Source: Bacteroidales bacterium
Lineage (GTDB): Bacteria > Bacteroidota > Bacteroidia > Bacteroidales > GCA-2748055
Direction: 5' to 3'
DNA: 64,000 nt
Assembly: GCA_030673645.1 (NCBI GenBank)
Contig: DAOVIO010000009.1
Span: 83-64,082 of the forward strand
Below the pieces are notes generated by a model. It searched no databases and was not told where the DNA came from. It saw only the letters and a list, made by a program, of their open reading frames with translations. Of this stretch, positions 1 through 10,500 are shown piece after piece (within the stretch, counting starts at the first letter, position 1; every line of letters begins with the position of its first letter). Made by a program: the position numbers and the translations under genes.

Positions 1-596
1 AATGAAAAGAACCAAAGCTATCCTTTAGATTTATCAATAATTAGTATTTCTTACGGATTAAAATTGTAATGCCGGCCTTTTATGCTTCTTGCCTTTACCA
101 ATGTACTGTTGCACTCCTGTTTGTAACCCGTAATTTTTATACTTTTTTCATGTGATTTCGCGAAACATTTTTATCCTTCGCTTCTCTAATTGAGCCGTGA
201 CATATCCCGAACAAACTGCAAATCAAGTACTGACTGAATCCTCCGGTAGAAATTGTTTTCAGGTATCGGCCGGAGAATAGAGAAGGAAAGAAACAGCTTC
301 TCCTGTTAATCTTTTTTGCCAGGCACTGGATTTACAAGTCACAAAACCCTGAATCTCAAATCAATTGCTTATATTTATAATTATAAACAAGTTATGAGTT
401 GTGACACAGGCACACACGGTATAATTAATACCTTAGTTCAGCCCAAATAATATGCAATAAAAACCTAACTTAGTCTAGCGATTAACCAAAAATCCTCGCT
501 CCGTTTCATCAGTACTAATCATACCGTGGAAACTTTGTAAGCAATTTAACTAAAAGCCATTAATAAGAGGCAAGCGAATAACTAATACACTGACAA

Positions 597-1478
597 ATGA
601 TTAACGCAAAAACTTTTCTGATACTTATACAAGTTATATTAGTATCCTCCGTTTCTGGGCAAACATTAGTAAAAGAGAATAGGCTATGGTCTAATACATT
701 AATTGGAACAGAGTCAGGTTCACAATATCAATCCTGGTGGATAAGGTTTAACGGTGACTCAGTAGTAAGTGACACAACCTATTCTATTATCTATCGATCA
801 GATTCGGAGTCTCACGAGAATTGGTATAAATATGGATTAATCAGAGAGGATAGTTCTAATAAGGTATTTCTTCGAAAGAACAATTATGATTACCTGCTTT
901 ATGATTTCAATCTAGAAGTAGGCGATTCGATAAGGTGGCCCTACGGTGGATATTGTCATGTGGCAATTGTAGATTCGATAACTCTTGACTTTTGGGAAAA
1001 TCCACTAAAGAGAATCCATTTTTATCTCTATGGATCAAGTGGTTATATTTGGCCGTATCCATGGATAGAAGGTATAGGTAGTACCCAGGGCATCTTATCA
1101 GGTGTTGAATATATTGGCATTGTAGGTGGTGCATATGCCTTAGTTTGTTATTCTGAGAATGAAGTTCTAAAGTATCATGAATATTTTAATACTTGCTTTC
1201 CACAAGGATTCCTTGAGAGTATTGAATCTAATATTGATGAATTAAGTAGTGTAAATGTTCGTTATGGTCCTGATATATTATTATTTGAATTTGAGAATAT
1301 AGATACACAGAATGCGAAAATTTGGATCTACAATATATCTGGCAAAATAGTTGGCAGTTATGATATTAGAGGAGTTAGAATTTTGGAAATATCTAAAAGT
1401 GATTTCGATTCAGGTCTATATATTTTTAGGTTTATGAACAATAATAAACTGATTGAAGGAAAATTTATTATTAATTAA
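597..1478 (+). CDS. Secreted protein of unknown function with T9SS (Por) type A C-terminal sorting domain
   Basis: 293-aa ORF with an N-terminal signal peptide (FLILIQVILVSSVSGQ). The last ~75 aa (...GLYIFRFMNNNKLIEGKFIIN) follow the TIGR04183-type sorting-domain pattern also seen at the end of the PKD giant. I cannot assign the body (WIEGIGS motif) to a named family. Confidence 0.7.
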   Translation: MINAKTFLILIQVILVSSVSGQTLVKENRLWSNTLIGTESGSQYQSWWIRFNGDSVVSDTTYSIIYRSDSESHENWYKYGLIREDSSNKVFLRKNNYDYLLYDFNLEVGDSIRWPYGGYCHVAIVDSITLDFWENPLKRIHFYLYGSSGYIWPYPWIEGIGSTQGILSGVEYIGIVGGAYALVCYSENEVLKYHEYFNTCFPQGFLESIESNIDELSSVNVRYGPDILLFEFENIDTQNAKIWIYNISGKIVGSYDIRGVRILEISKSDFDSGLYIFRFMNNNKLIEGKFIIN

Positions 1479-1518
1479 TAGACTATATTTACCTGACAGC
1501 CAGCCTCTAATAAACAGG

Positions 1519-1551
1519 ACTTCATGTGGCCGGTACGGCCAGGCATGAAGT
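1519..1551 (+). terminator. GC-rich stem-loop 41 nt downstream of the 597-1478 CDS; possible terminator without a U-tract
   Basis: acttcatgtggccg-gta-cggcca(gg)catgaagt. This gives 8 bp plus 6 bp of stem with a 2-nt bulge and a 3-nt loop, which is conspicuous in AT-rich DNA. No T-run follows it. Confidence 0.35.
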
Positions 1552-1940
1552 ACCGGTTGAACTATATCACGCGGTCAATAATTTCTCAATGTATATTAGG
1601 AGGGTGTTTTAGATACTTAGGATGGAGGGTTCTTTGATATTATGTTTTACAATCAGGATAATAAGGTCATATTGTTCTTCATTTCGGGTGTCTCATTAAA
1701 AATTGATTTGAGAAAGGCGGAAACCACATCAAATGCATCAGTATTTGGCACATTGTATTATATATATTCTGAATTGAGTAATTGAAACCGATACGAGATT
1801 GCTTCGCCTCCTGTGGTGTCGGTACTTATTTCACAGGAATCCATCTCCCGCAAAAGATACGAATTCTGGGTATTATTTGTGCCCAATAGCTTCACTTTTG
1901 CACAGAATCAATTTTCTGAAATCGAGACAGGTTATTATAA

Positions 1941-3596
1941 TCAGTTAAAATATATCCTTTCATAGGTTCTGTACTTATACTTATTTCCTTGCATGGGATA
2001 AATGAACTCAGGCTTTCCTGGTATCGTAAGTACTGCCTTTGTTCTCATAAATATGGTATTCTTATCTATATTCTCGAATAATGTAACTATTTCTTGTTTT
2101 TGTTCTCCATTACTATCTAATTTAACTGCACAGCTATTTTGTAATTCGGCCACTTTCATTAAACCAACTTTGGGTGGCATATTGTTGAACAACAGATAAA
2201 TATTATCGTTTACGACATTATAACTATATGAAGAAGCGATATCAAGCAAACCGAACTGGTTCTTATCAGTCTTTACAATTTGCTTTATGTCACCTCCTGA
2301 AGAGATCCTTACTGAATAGAGATCACGATAGTTATATGTGGAATAATAGGATATCATGTTCCCGCTCTTTGATTCTAACTGACCATGAAGTTGCTGCTCT
2401 GCAATAAATACATAATCATCACTCCCTGTTCTGGTTAATTCTGTAAGATTATAGCTGTAAGGATCCCATTCATTTGTACTTGTAATTTTATGAAACTTTT
2501 TAAGATCGGCAGTATCAAGTCTGGTATATATGTAGTCTTTTTTAAAAGGCTGAATGATCTGTTTTTCTGTACTCCCTGTAGCAATGTTTAGCTGACATGT
2601 GAAAATTCCTGTTGCACTAATCGTATTCGGTTCGGAATAAACACCTGCAGCTATCAAATATTCGCCATGTGGTTTCACCGTGATGCTCTTCGCAAAAATA
2701 TCATCAAATTTAAAATCTAATTGAATGGCGGTTTCTCCCTTATTGCCAAAATACAGAACACTATGCTTGTAATTGGAGGGTTGAACATAAGAATAGTATC
2801 TGTCGCCCAATCCCTTTTTTCTGGAATACATGTACATTCCTTCCGTTTCCTCCGAATTTTCAAAATTTCTTCCGGTGATATACACATTTGCATTGTTACT
2901 GACAATGTATTTGTCAAACACAAAAACTCCTGAATTGATAGCTTTGCCTGACTCTTGTACCCAAAGAAGATTCACGTTCTCATCAAAGACATAAATGAAT
3001 TGTCTTTTCTCTTCAACTTTTTTAGGATCGGGTTTACCTTGCAACTGTACATATCTGATATTGTCGGGGTAGGTATAGATTAGAAGTTTTGATCCGTCTT
3101 CAGAAATAGCATAATCTGTGCGTAATATAAAATTCTTGACTTTAGTATCGTAACTCAATTCTGCAATTTTTTGAATATCATCATTTACCTCGAAACTATT
3201 TTTATCCATGGTTTGTACAAAAAGATATGCCTTTCCTTCCATTTCATTTCTAAATGATGAAAACAGATACAATTTATCCTGGAAATAGATTAACTCGTTA
3301 AATCGCTTTTCATGATCATCTTCGGTTAAATCAATTTGCACCCTTTTAATCAGGTTCATATCCATATCATATTTCTCTATTCTGTAATATCTTCCATACT
3401 TGCCAACTGACTCTTCATTGGGAAGAAGCAAATAGCTGAAGGTGTTCTCATAACTTGCTACAGGTTTGTACTTGAAAACCACTTCCGTAAGTTTCACTTT
3501 TTCTATTGTACCTGTTATTTTCTGAACATCATAGGTTTGAGAAAAGGCCACACATGGAATCATAACCATGATAAAGGCAACAATCTTTCTATTCAT
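1941..3596 (-). CDS. Secreted hypothetical protein, beta-strand-rich and repetitive (propeller-like)
   Basis: The ORF track gives 1941..3626. The likely start is the internal Met at 3596, giving a signal peptide MNRKIVAFIMVMIPCVAFSQ. Recurrent hydrophobic strand motifs occur (LYLFSS, LLIYTY, FIYVFD, NVYITG, YLIAAG, YVFIAE, IYLLFN). I recognise no catalytic motif. Confidence 0.6.
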   Translation of the reverse strand: MNRKIVAFIMVMIPCVAFSQTYDVQKITGTIEKVKLTEVVFKYKPVASYENTFSYLLLPNEESVGKYGRYYRIEKYDMDMNLIKRVQIDLTEDDHEKRFNELIYFQDKLYLFSSFRNEMEGKAYLFVQTMDKNSFEVNDDIQKIAELSYDTKVKNFILRTDYAISEDGSKLLIYTYPDNIRYVQLQGKPDPKKVEEKRQFIYVFDENVNLLWVQESGKAINSGVFVFDKYIVSNNANVYITGRNFENSEETEGMYMYSRKKGLGDRYYSYVQPSNYKHSVLYFGNKGETAIQLDFKFDDIFAKSITVKPHGEYLIAAGVYSEPNTISATGIFTCQLNIATGSTEKQIIQPFKKDYIYTRLDTADLKKFHKITSTNEWDPYSYNLTELTRTGSDDYVFIAEQQLHGQLESKSGNMISYYSTYNYRDLYSVRISSGGDIKQIVKTDKNQFGLLDIASSYSYNVVNDNIYLLFNNMPPKVGLMKVAELQNSCAVKLDSNGEQKQEIVTLFENIDKNTIFMRTKAVLTIPGKPEFIYPMQGNKYKYRTYERIYFN

Positions 3597-3638
3597 TGTA
3601 TGTAATTTTGAGGTATTAATAATCATTTATTCCTATCA

Positions 3639-4241
3639 TTATAATGAGTATCCCAGTTTGAAAATGGCTGGAATAACGACAACAGACAATTGCTCCTCAT
3701 ACGGAACCCCTGCCAAATAAAAAGTATTTGTGAAGAACCTTCTCCCGATACCGGTTTGAAATTCAAAAGATAATTGTGGTAGAAGCCTTATCTTATACCC
3801 CATAACAGCGTTAATGTCTGTCAGAAGCTCCTGTGAAAGCTTGGTAAGACCAACAAAAAATCCAAAATAAAATCTATGAAAATATTCATTCAGATACATC
3901 TTTGGTTGTATCCAGATATTGGGTACGAAACTCTTTTGAAGTGTGGTTGCGGGCAATGCAAAATAATAGTCTCGCTTATCATAAAACCTTTCCAATGAGC
4001 TGAATCTGGAAACATTAATAAGTCCGATACCAAATTCAAGAGCAGTAATGTTTCCAAATCCCTTCTCAAAACTAACAGAGGTCTCTCCCTTTATCGGATG
4101 GTAGCCTAATTTGACACTCCTTGTGTATATTGAAACATTGCTGTCATCGAAATACTGAGCCACGTTGGAGTTCTGCGCATTTACGGAATTCAGGGTTGTA
4201 AATGCAAGAGATATTACAAGTGGTATGTATTTTTTAAACAT
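3639..4241 (-). CDS. Putative small outer-membrane beta-barrel protein
   Basis: 200 aa with a signal peptide (LVISLAFTTLNSVNAQ), alternating amphipathic strands and a C-terminal aromatic-rich end (FKLGYSL). It lies 12-42 nt upstream of, and on the same strand as, the 1941-3596 gene. Confidence 0.55.
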   Translation of the reverse strand: MFKKYIPLVISLAFTTLNSVNAQNSNVAQYFDDSNVSIYTRSVKLGYHPIKGETSVSFEKGFGNITALEFGIGLINVSRFSSLERFYDKRDYYFALPATTLQKSFVPNIWIQPKMYLNEYFHRFYFGFFVGLTKLSQELLTDINAVMGYKIRLLPQLSFEFQTGIGRRFFTNTFYLAGVPYEEQLSVVVIPAIFKLGYSL

Positions 4242-4317
4242 TTGAGGGTTTTGTATGGGTTCCTGATGAGGTGTATTCTATTCTTTTTACAAAAGTGGAA
4301 ACTAGCGTTTACGAGCG

Positions 4318-4806
4318 TTGAAGAATATTTGTTACACTAAGGCTTACTTTTCAAAGGTTTTAGTTGTTACAGATCCGTGGCGACATTATTACGAGCTTTC
4401 CTTTCTGTTTCATTTACTTGGGGGCTCACAAAATCCTGAATTTAAACCTTTCTTAAAAAAAAGACCCAAATACCTTATACTTGGTATATGTCTTGGACTA
4501 CAATCGATGAATGTAGCTGCAGGCGGTACATTGGTACAGGACATTCCATTGGAAATCTATGAAAAAAATACAGCTGAAAAGATTCTTAATATGGATGAGA
4601 ATTCACGACATAGGAATTATTATTCAGGATTTAAGATTTATCCTGATATAAAGTCAGCCTATCCGCATCAGTTACAGTTAATTTCAGGTCGCTGGTTAAG
4701 CCTAATAAATACCGGCTTAAGATTTAGATCATTAAATAAGAAAGCCGCTAAGTTTATACTAAGCGGCTTTCGCAATTATATTAATACTGTTATTCTTTTC
4801 TTTTAA
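4318..4806 (+). pseudogene. Relic of a class-I glutamine amidotransferase / peptidase C26 (gamma-glutamyl hydrolase-like) gene
   Basis: Only the central part is family-like: LILGICLGLQSMNVAAGGTLVQDIP contains the nucleophile-elbow Cys. The N-terminal ~60-80 aa are missing because the ORF abuts the divergent gene at 4241. The C-terminal HHQ/His-Glu region is also absent. The ORF has a TTG start, and its tail runs through a strong hairpin at 4741-4770. Confidence 0.5.
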
Positions 4807-4974
4807 TTTCCAAGAGCTTTGAAAGAAGCAAAAAGGAAAAACCAATTTGATGGTATTAAGGTAACTTTACTAAAAAAAACCGGAATCCCTGGTCAGTTTT
4901 AGTAAAATTATATTTTACACATAAGAAAATTCTGAGATTAAAAGAGACCTGGAAATTAGTTGTCTGGATGAATA

Positions 4975-5352
4975 TTATTCAGTTTCAATAAAGTTAATGT
5001 CAATTTCCAGAATTGAAGAATAATACTCACCTCTTTCAAGAATGTCATCATCACCAACTTCATAATACCAATTCACAGTAAGTACGTGACTTTCAGGCTT
5101 ATATTCATTCAGCATTTTTAAAATTTGAAGAATATATTTTGAAGTACCGCTATTTAAATATTCAAGAGCAATCTCGATTGTAGTCTGTTGGCTATTTCTA
5201 ATTAAGTATTTCCCGATCCATTCCAATACACTGGAATAGAACAAACTAGCATCTTCAGGAATAGAACGACCTTCAATTCTGAATTTACCGTTGACATCCA
5301 TTGATATTAATGGCGTTTTCCGGCTACCTTCTATGTATAAAGAATCTAGCAA
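4975..5352 (-). CDS. SiaC-like regulatory protein (DUF1987)
   Basis: 125 aa, collinear with the Pseudomonas SiaC pattern: I-G-x3-TP, G-x-S-x-PE, W, L-x-YLNS-GTSK (Thr at the phospho-site region), W-Y-Y. Confidence 0.8.
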   Translation of the reverse strand: MLDSLYIEGSRKTPLISMDVNGKFRIEGRSIPEDASLFYSSVLEWIGKYLIRNSQQTTIEIALEYLNSGTSKYILQILKMLNEYKPESHVLTVNWYYEVGDDDILERGEYYSSILEIDINFIETE

Positions 5353-5538
5353 TTACTATTTATTTACTTCTAAAGTAAGCACAATTTATATTATGACAAA
5401 ATAAAACTTACAATAAATTGATGGGAATCATAAATTTTTAGTGAAAACTTATCAATTTTGTTTTGAAGTAAACCTTATTATTTTATTTTTGCTGAAAATA
5501 ATTAGGGATTAACAAACCCTTAACAAAAGTTTATTCTG

Positions 5539-6078
5539 GTGAAAGAATCTATGATTATAAAAGCGGCAGTATTTGCAGCTGAAAAACACCGATATCAGAG
5601 AAGGAAAGGATTTAATCAAATTCCATATATAAATCATCCATTAAAAGTGGCCAATTTATTGATTGAATGTGGAGAAAATGAAAGTAATTTACTTATCTCA
5701 TCTATTTTGCACGATGTAATAGAGGATACAGATGCAACTGAAGCTGAGGTAACTGAAAAGTTCAATTCTGAAATTGCAAAACTAGTTTTAGAAGTGAGCG
5801 ATAATAAAGAGTTACCCTATACAACCCGAAAAGAATTACAAGTTAAGAAAGCACCAGGACTTAGTCATGATGCTAAACTTATAAAAGTTGCTGACAAAAT
5901 TTGTAACATTAGGGATTTCCTGGTATATCCTGTTGACTGGAGTCCGGAAAGAAAATTAGCTTACCTCGATTGGGCAAAACTTGTAGTTGCCGGATGCAGA
6001 GGACTGAATGAAAAATTGGATCAGGTTTTTGACGAAACTCTTGAAAAAGGTACAAATCAATTAAATGCTGAGCTTTAA
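5539..6078 (+). CDS. HD-domain small alarmone hydrolase, (p)ppGpp 3'-pyrophosphohydrolase-like (Mesh1/SpoT-N type)
   Basis: Motifs seen: AAVFAAEKHRYQRRKG, PYINHPL and LHDVIEDT (the HD motif). The GTG at 5539 or the ATG at 5551 are both possible starts. Confidence 0.8.
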   Translation: MKESMIIKAAVFAAEKHRYQRRKGFNQIPYINHPLKVANLLIECGENESNLLISSILHDVIEDTDATEAEVTEKFNSEIAKLVLEVSDNKELPYTTRKELQVKKAPGLSHDAKLIKVADKICNIRDFLVYPVDWSPERKLAYLDWAKLVVAGCRGLNEKLDQVFDETLEKGTNQLNAEL

Positions 6079-7091
6079 AACTCCATTCTGGCCTTTGGCG
6101 CTATTGTCTGACTGCTGAAATCATTATTTAAATACTTATAATAAGCAGTGATTGCTATCATGGCAGCATTATCTGTTGTAAAAGAGAAAGCAGGTATATA
6201 AGCCTGCCAGTTTCTTTTAGCAGCTTCAGTTTCCAATGCATTTCTCAATCCTGAATTTGCTGAGACCCCCCCTGCCAGAGCAATCTGTTTGATATCATAT
6301 TTATCAGAAGCAAGAATTAATTTATCCATCAAAATATCAATAATTGTCTTCTGAAGTGATGCAGCAAGATCAGCTTTATTCTTTTCAATAAAATTTTCAT
6401 CTTTCTTCAACTTATCCCTTAAGAAATATAAAAATGAAGTTTTAAGTCCTGAGAAACTATAATTAAGATCATTAAGACGTGGTTTACTAAATGAATATTT
6501 TAAGGGGTTTCCTTCCTTAGACAATTTATCTATAAAAGGACCACCTGGATATGGCAGATCCAAAAGTTTTGCCGATTTATCAAAAGCCTCCCCGGCAGCA
6601 TCATCAATAGTTTGCCCAACTATTTCCATATCCAGAAAATCCTTTACAAGAACTATTTGTGAATGCCCCCCTGATACAAGTAAACATAAAAAAGGAAATT
6701 TCGGATAATCAGCTTTGCTATCTTCCTTAATAAAATGGACCAGAATATGGGCCTGTAAATGATGGATCTCTATCATAGGAATTTTCCTTGCTAAAGCAAA
6801 AGCTTTTGAAAAAGATGTCCCAACTAACAGAGAACCAAGCAATCCTGGTCCACGTGTAAAGGCAATAGCATCAATTTCCTCAATCTTTTTATTCGCTTTT
6901 TTTAAGGCTACATCAACAACTGGAATTATATTTTGCTGATGGGCACGAGACGCAAGTTCTGGAACCACTCCACCATATTTCTTATGCACATCCTGATTAG
7001 CAATTACACTTGATAATAAATATCCATCCTCCAATATGGCAGCTGCCGTATCATCGCAAGAAGATTCTATAGCTAAAATTGTCGTGCTCAT
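6075..7091 (-). CDS. tsaD: tRNA N6-adenosine threonylcarbamoyltransferase
   Basis: Starts ILAIESSCDDTAAAI, and the length and overall order of the rest are as I expect for Kae1/TsaD, 338 aa. Its stop overlaps the stop of the convergent gene at 6075-6078 (TTAA). Confidence 0.95.
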   Translation of the reverse strand: MSTTILAIESSCDDTAAAILEDGYLLSSVIANQDVHKKYGGVVPELASRAHQQNIIPVVDVALKKANKKIEEIDAIAFTRGPGLLGSLLVGTSFSKAFALARKIPMIEIHHLQAHILVHFIKEDSKADYPKFPFLCLLVSGGHSQIVLVKDFLDMEIVGQTIDDAAGEAFDKSAKLLDLPYPGGPFIDKLSKEGNPLKYSFSKPRLNDLNYSFSGLKTSFLYFLRDKLKKDENFIEKNKADLAASLQKTIIDILMDKLILASDKYDIKQIALAGGVSANSGLRNALETEAAKRNWQAYIPAFSFTTDNAAMIAITAYYKYLNNDFSSQTIAPKARMEF

Positions 7092-7556
7092 TTTTTTTCT
7101 TTTGTTAAGCTAATAGTCCGTTAAACTTTTGTAATCTATTGGCATAAAGAGTGTTGCGATTATTGATTGTGTTTTTATAAAAGTCTTATTATCAGTAATT
7201 TAATTCATTATTCTCTCATTCATTATTCACCATTTAACGAAGTGTTGTTAGGCAAAAGTAATTAGAAATTGAAAATTCTCAAGTATAGTGCCTCAGATTA
7301 TCCTAATTATTATAATACTGGTATGATTTTAGCTGTTATAATTTAGTATTAAGATAATATATTCATAGATGGCACTCTAAAACAGAATACTAGCCCCCCC
7401 GTTTTTATTATTTTTCTATTCCTTATCTTCGGGCTGTGCATAGGGGATATCTTTAGTTTAAAAGTTAAACTTTTTTTTGTTTTTTTACATAATTAAATTC
7501 AGAGAATCAGAAAATTCATTAAAATATCACTTATTGTTCTGCTTGCACTATTAACA

Positions 7557-10500
7557 GTGCCTGCTACAGCCATATTATTTCTTCAAAATAATAAAATCCA
7601 AAGTTATTTAACCAACTTTCTCACAATTGAGTTAGGAGAAAAATTAGACACTTATATAAGTATTGATAACGTATCTGTAACCTTTATTAATAGATTTCTG
7701 ATTCAGGATTTTTATATTGAAGATCAATTTGGCGATACTTTATTATATGCAAAGAAAGCAAAACTAATTTTTAGCAAGTTCAATAGATCTAAAAATATTG
7801 CAATTGTAAAGAGACTTGATTTTACTGAAGCAGATATACATATTCGTAAGGATACAACTGGAATCAATAATTTAAAATTTATTATTGATGCATTAAAAAA
7901 TCAAAACAAAACAAGGAACGGCGAGAGGCTCAATCTTAGTTTTGAATCAATTGGATTTAATAATTCTGTAGTAAACATTAAAACCCCTGAAAAAAGAAAG
8001 TTGAAAGGTGACCTTGATTTACATAACCTAAGACTTTTTAATTTCGAATCGCAGTTAAGCAATATACATTTCTCGGGAGATACTGTGAACTTTATGCTGC
8101 GCAAGATGAACTTCATAGAAAGTTCCGGATTAGAAATGACCAGAATGAGGGCAGCAGTAAGTATTAGTAAAAGACATATTAAATGTTCAAATGTATTTTT
8201 GGAAACAAATCACTCTGAGATTAGCGCGAATAATATATCAATGAGTTTTAGCGCTTTATCCGATTTTGAAAATTTTACTGAAAAAATTAATCTTAATCTT
8301 AATTTTAGATCAAGTTATTTTGGTTTGACAGATCTTGGATACTTTTCACCTATCTTTAAGAATATTAATGAACGGGTTCTGGTCACAGGATTAATATCCG
8401 GAAGAATTAATGATTTAAGTGGTGAAAAAATCTTTCTTGCATCAAAAAACTACAGTGGTTTTAAAGGTGGTTTCAATATCATTGGATTACCAAATATTGA
8501 TGAAACTTTTATGCATTTTGACATTGATCATTTCCAGACTCATCTTAGCGATATTGAAGATATTAATTTTATTAACAATTATTCTCTGGCTGTTCCAGAA
8601 AGACTTGAGGGACTTGGTGAAATTAGATATACAGGGAAGTTCACCGGTTACCTTGATGATTTTGTAGCTTATGGAATGCTTGAAACAGATATTGGAAAAG
8701 TATCTACCGATATTCAAATTACTCCTTCATCAAATGGGGGACTTAGTTTTGAGGGGAAGGTTAAAACTCAATCTTTAGCAATTGGACAGCTAATTAAGGA
8801 AAATAATTTATTTGGGAATCTAAGTATGTCGGCTATGGTCGATGGCTCAATTGAAAAAGCCAATATTTCTGCAAATCTAATTGGAATTATCGACAGTCTT
8901 GATTTTTATAATTATATCTATCGTGATATTAAATTATCAGGCTACCTAAGCAACAGAATTTTCGATGGCTCTTTTAGTTTGGATGATCCGAATATTAAAT
9001 TGGACTTTATGGGAAAAGTTGATTTTGCAGATGATATTCCTGTATTTGACTTTACGGCTGACGTAATAAGAGTCAGACCATATTATTTGAATATTAATAA
9101 ATCAGACCCAAGCTATTTTGCTTCTTTTCTATTAACATCAAATTTTTCAGGTCTTGAACCCGATAATATTAATGGGGAAGTAAAACTAATTAATTCTTTT
9201 TTCCAGAGATCCGAAGAACAATTGCAGATTTATGATTTTAGCATCATTGCTGAGAATTCTCCAGATTCTTCCGGACTAATTATCAGATCTGATATTCTTG
9301 ATGCTGATATTTGCGGAAAATATCGCTTTAGCACTTTATATCAATCATTTACAGGCCTTGCTAATCATTACTTACCTTCCCTCTCACAAGACAGTATGGA
9401 TATTGCCATGAGTGTTGATCAGAATAAATTTGAATATAATATTCGACTAAAAAGTGCTAACAGAGTTATACGTTTTTTTACAAGAAATTTCGAGATTGGC
9501 AATAATTCTGTAATATCAGGTAATTACGATGCTGAATCTTTCTCTACACTTTTCGATGCTAACTTCCCAATGGCCGGTCTAAAGGATAAAAAATGGGAGA
9601 ATATTCGTTTGAATGCAATAAGTGATTCTTTGAATTACAGCTTCAATGCATTGGCAGATAACTTTCAAATAAACGATGAGCTTTCTTTGGAGAATATAGA
9701 ACTTAAATCCATAGTTGCCAATGATAGCCTTTCTCTACAACTTAATTGGAAGAATAGTGATACGGTACAATATGTAGGAGATATTGATATGCTTGCCTGT
9801 TTATCAAACAATGATCAAAGTAATAATTTAATCTTTGATTTGGAATTACTTCCATCCTACATAATTTTCAGTGACACAGTCTGGGATATGCCTAATAGTT
9901 TCCTCCATGTCGATTCTACATCAATACAAATAGATTCTTTCAGTTTAAATAACAAGAATCAGGGATTCCTGTTAAATGGTGCAATTACTGAAAATAAACA
10001 AGACAGACTAGATTTATTGGTTGAGAATTTCCAGATTTCAACACTAAATAATTTCTCAAAATCAGAAAAATTGTATTTTGAAGGAATAACAACAGGTATT
10101 GCAAGTTTGTCCTCAGCTTATTCTCAACCGATTGTAATGACAGATCTTAGCATTAATTCCTTAGAGATAAATAAAGAAAATCTTGGGAACGCTTTATTGC
10201 AGGCTTCGTGGGATAATTTATCGAAAAGTGTTCAATTTCTTGCCAGTAGTATAAAAGGCAATAGCAAGATTCTGCATCTCCAGGGATTCTATAATCCTTC
10301 AAATAAAAATATTGGATTCGATATTGATTTTGATAAAATAAGTCTTTCTACTTTTGAGCCCCTTACAAAAAAACTAGTATCTGATGTTAAAGGCCTTGGT
10401 TCTGGAACCTTAAGACTTGAAGGTGAAATGAATAAACCTGTCCTGAATGGAGAAATTGACCTTTTCAAAACCTCTTTCTATGTAAACTACCTGAAAACAA

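Noticed and set aside
1-69. Open frame running in from the left edge (NEKNQSYPLDLSIISISYGLKL*), possibly the 3' end of an upstream gene.
   Set aside because: Only 22 codons are visible and there is no recognisable motif, so it cannot be supported.
1650-1900. Roughly 50-codon minus-strand ORF (…LLGTNNTQNSYLLREMDSCEISTDTTGGEAISYRFQLLNSEYI*) with adjoining out-of-frame pieces, considered as a frameshifted gene relic.
   Set aside because: I could not match the fragments to any family. I mention them only as part of the ORF-poor zone and do not call a pseudogene.
4871-4900. A8-ccggaatccctgg-tcagTTTT downstream of the SiaC-like gene, considered as its terminator.
   Set aside because: The stem is only about 5 bp and needs a G-U pair on the plus strand, which becomes a mismatch on the relevant minus strand. 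It is too weak to call.
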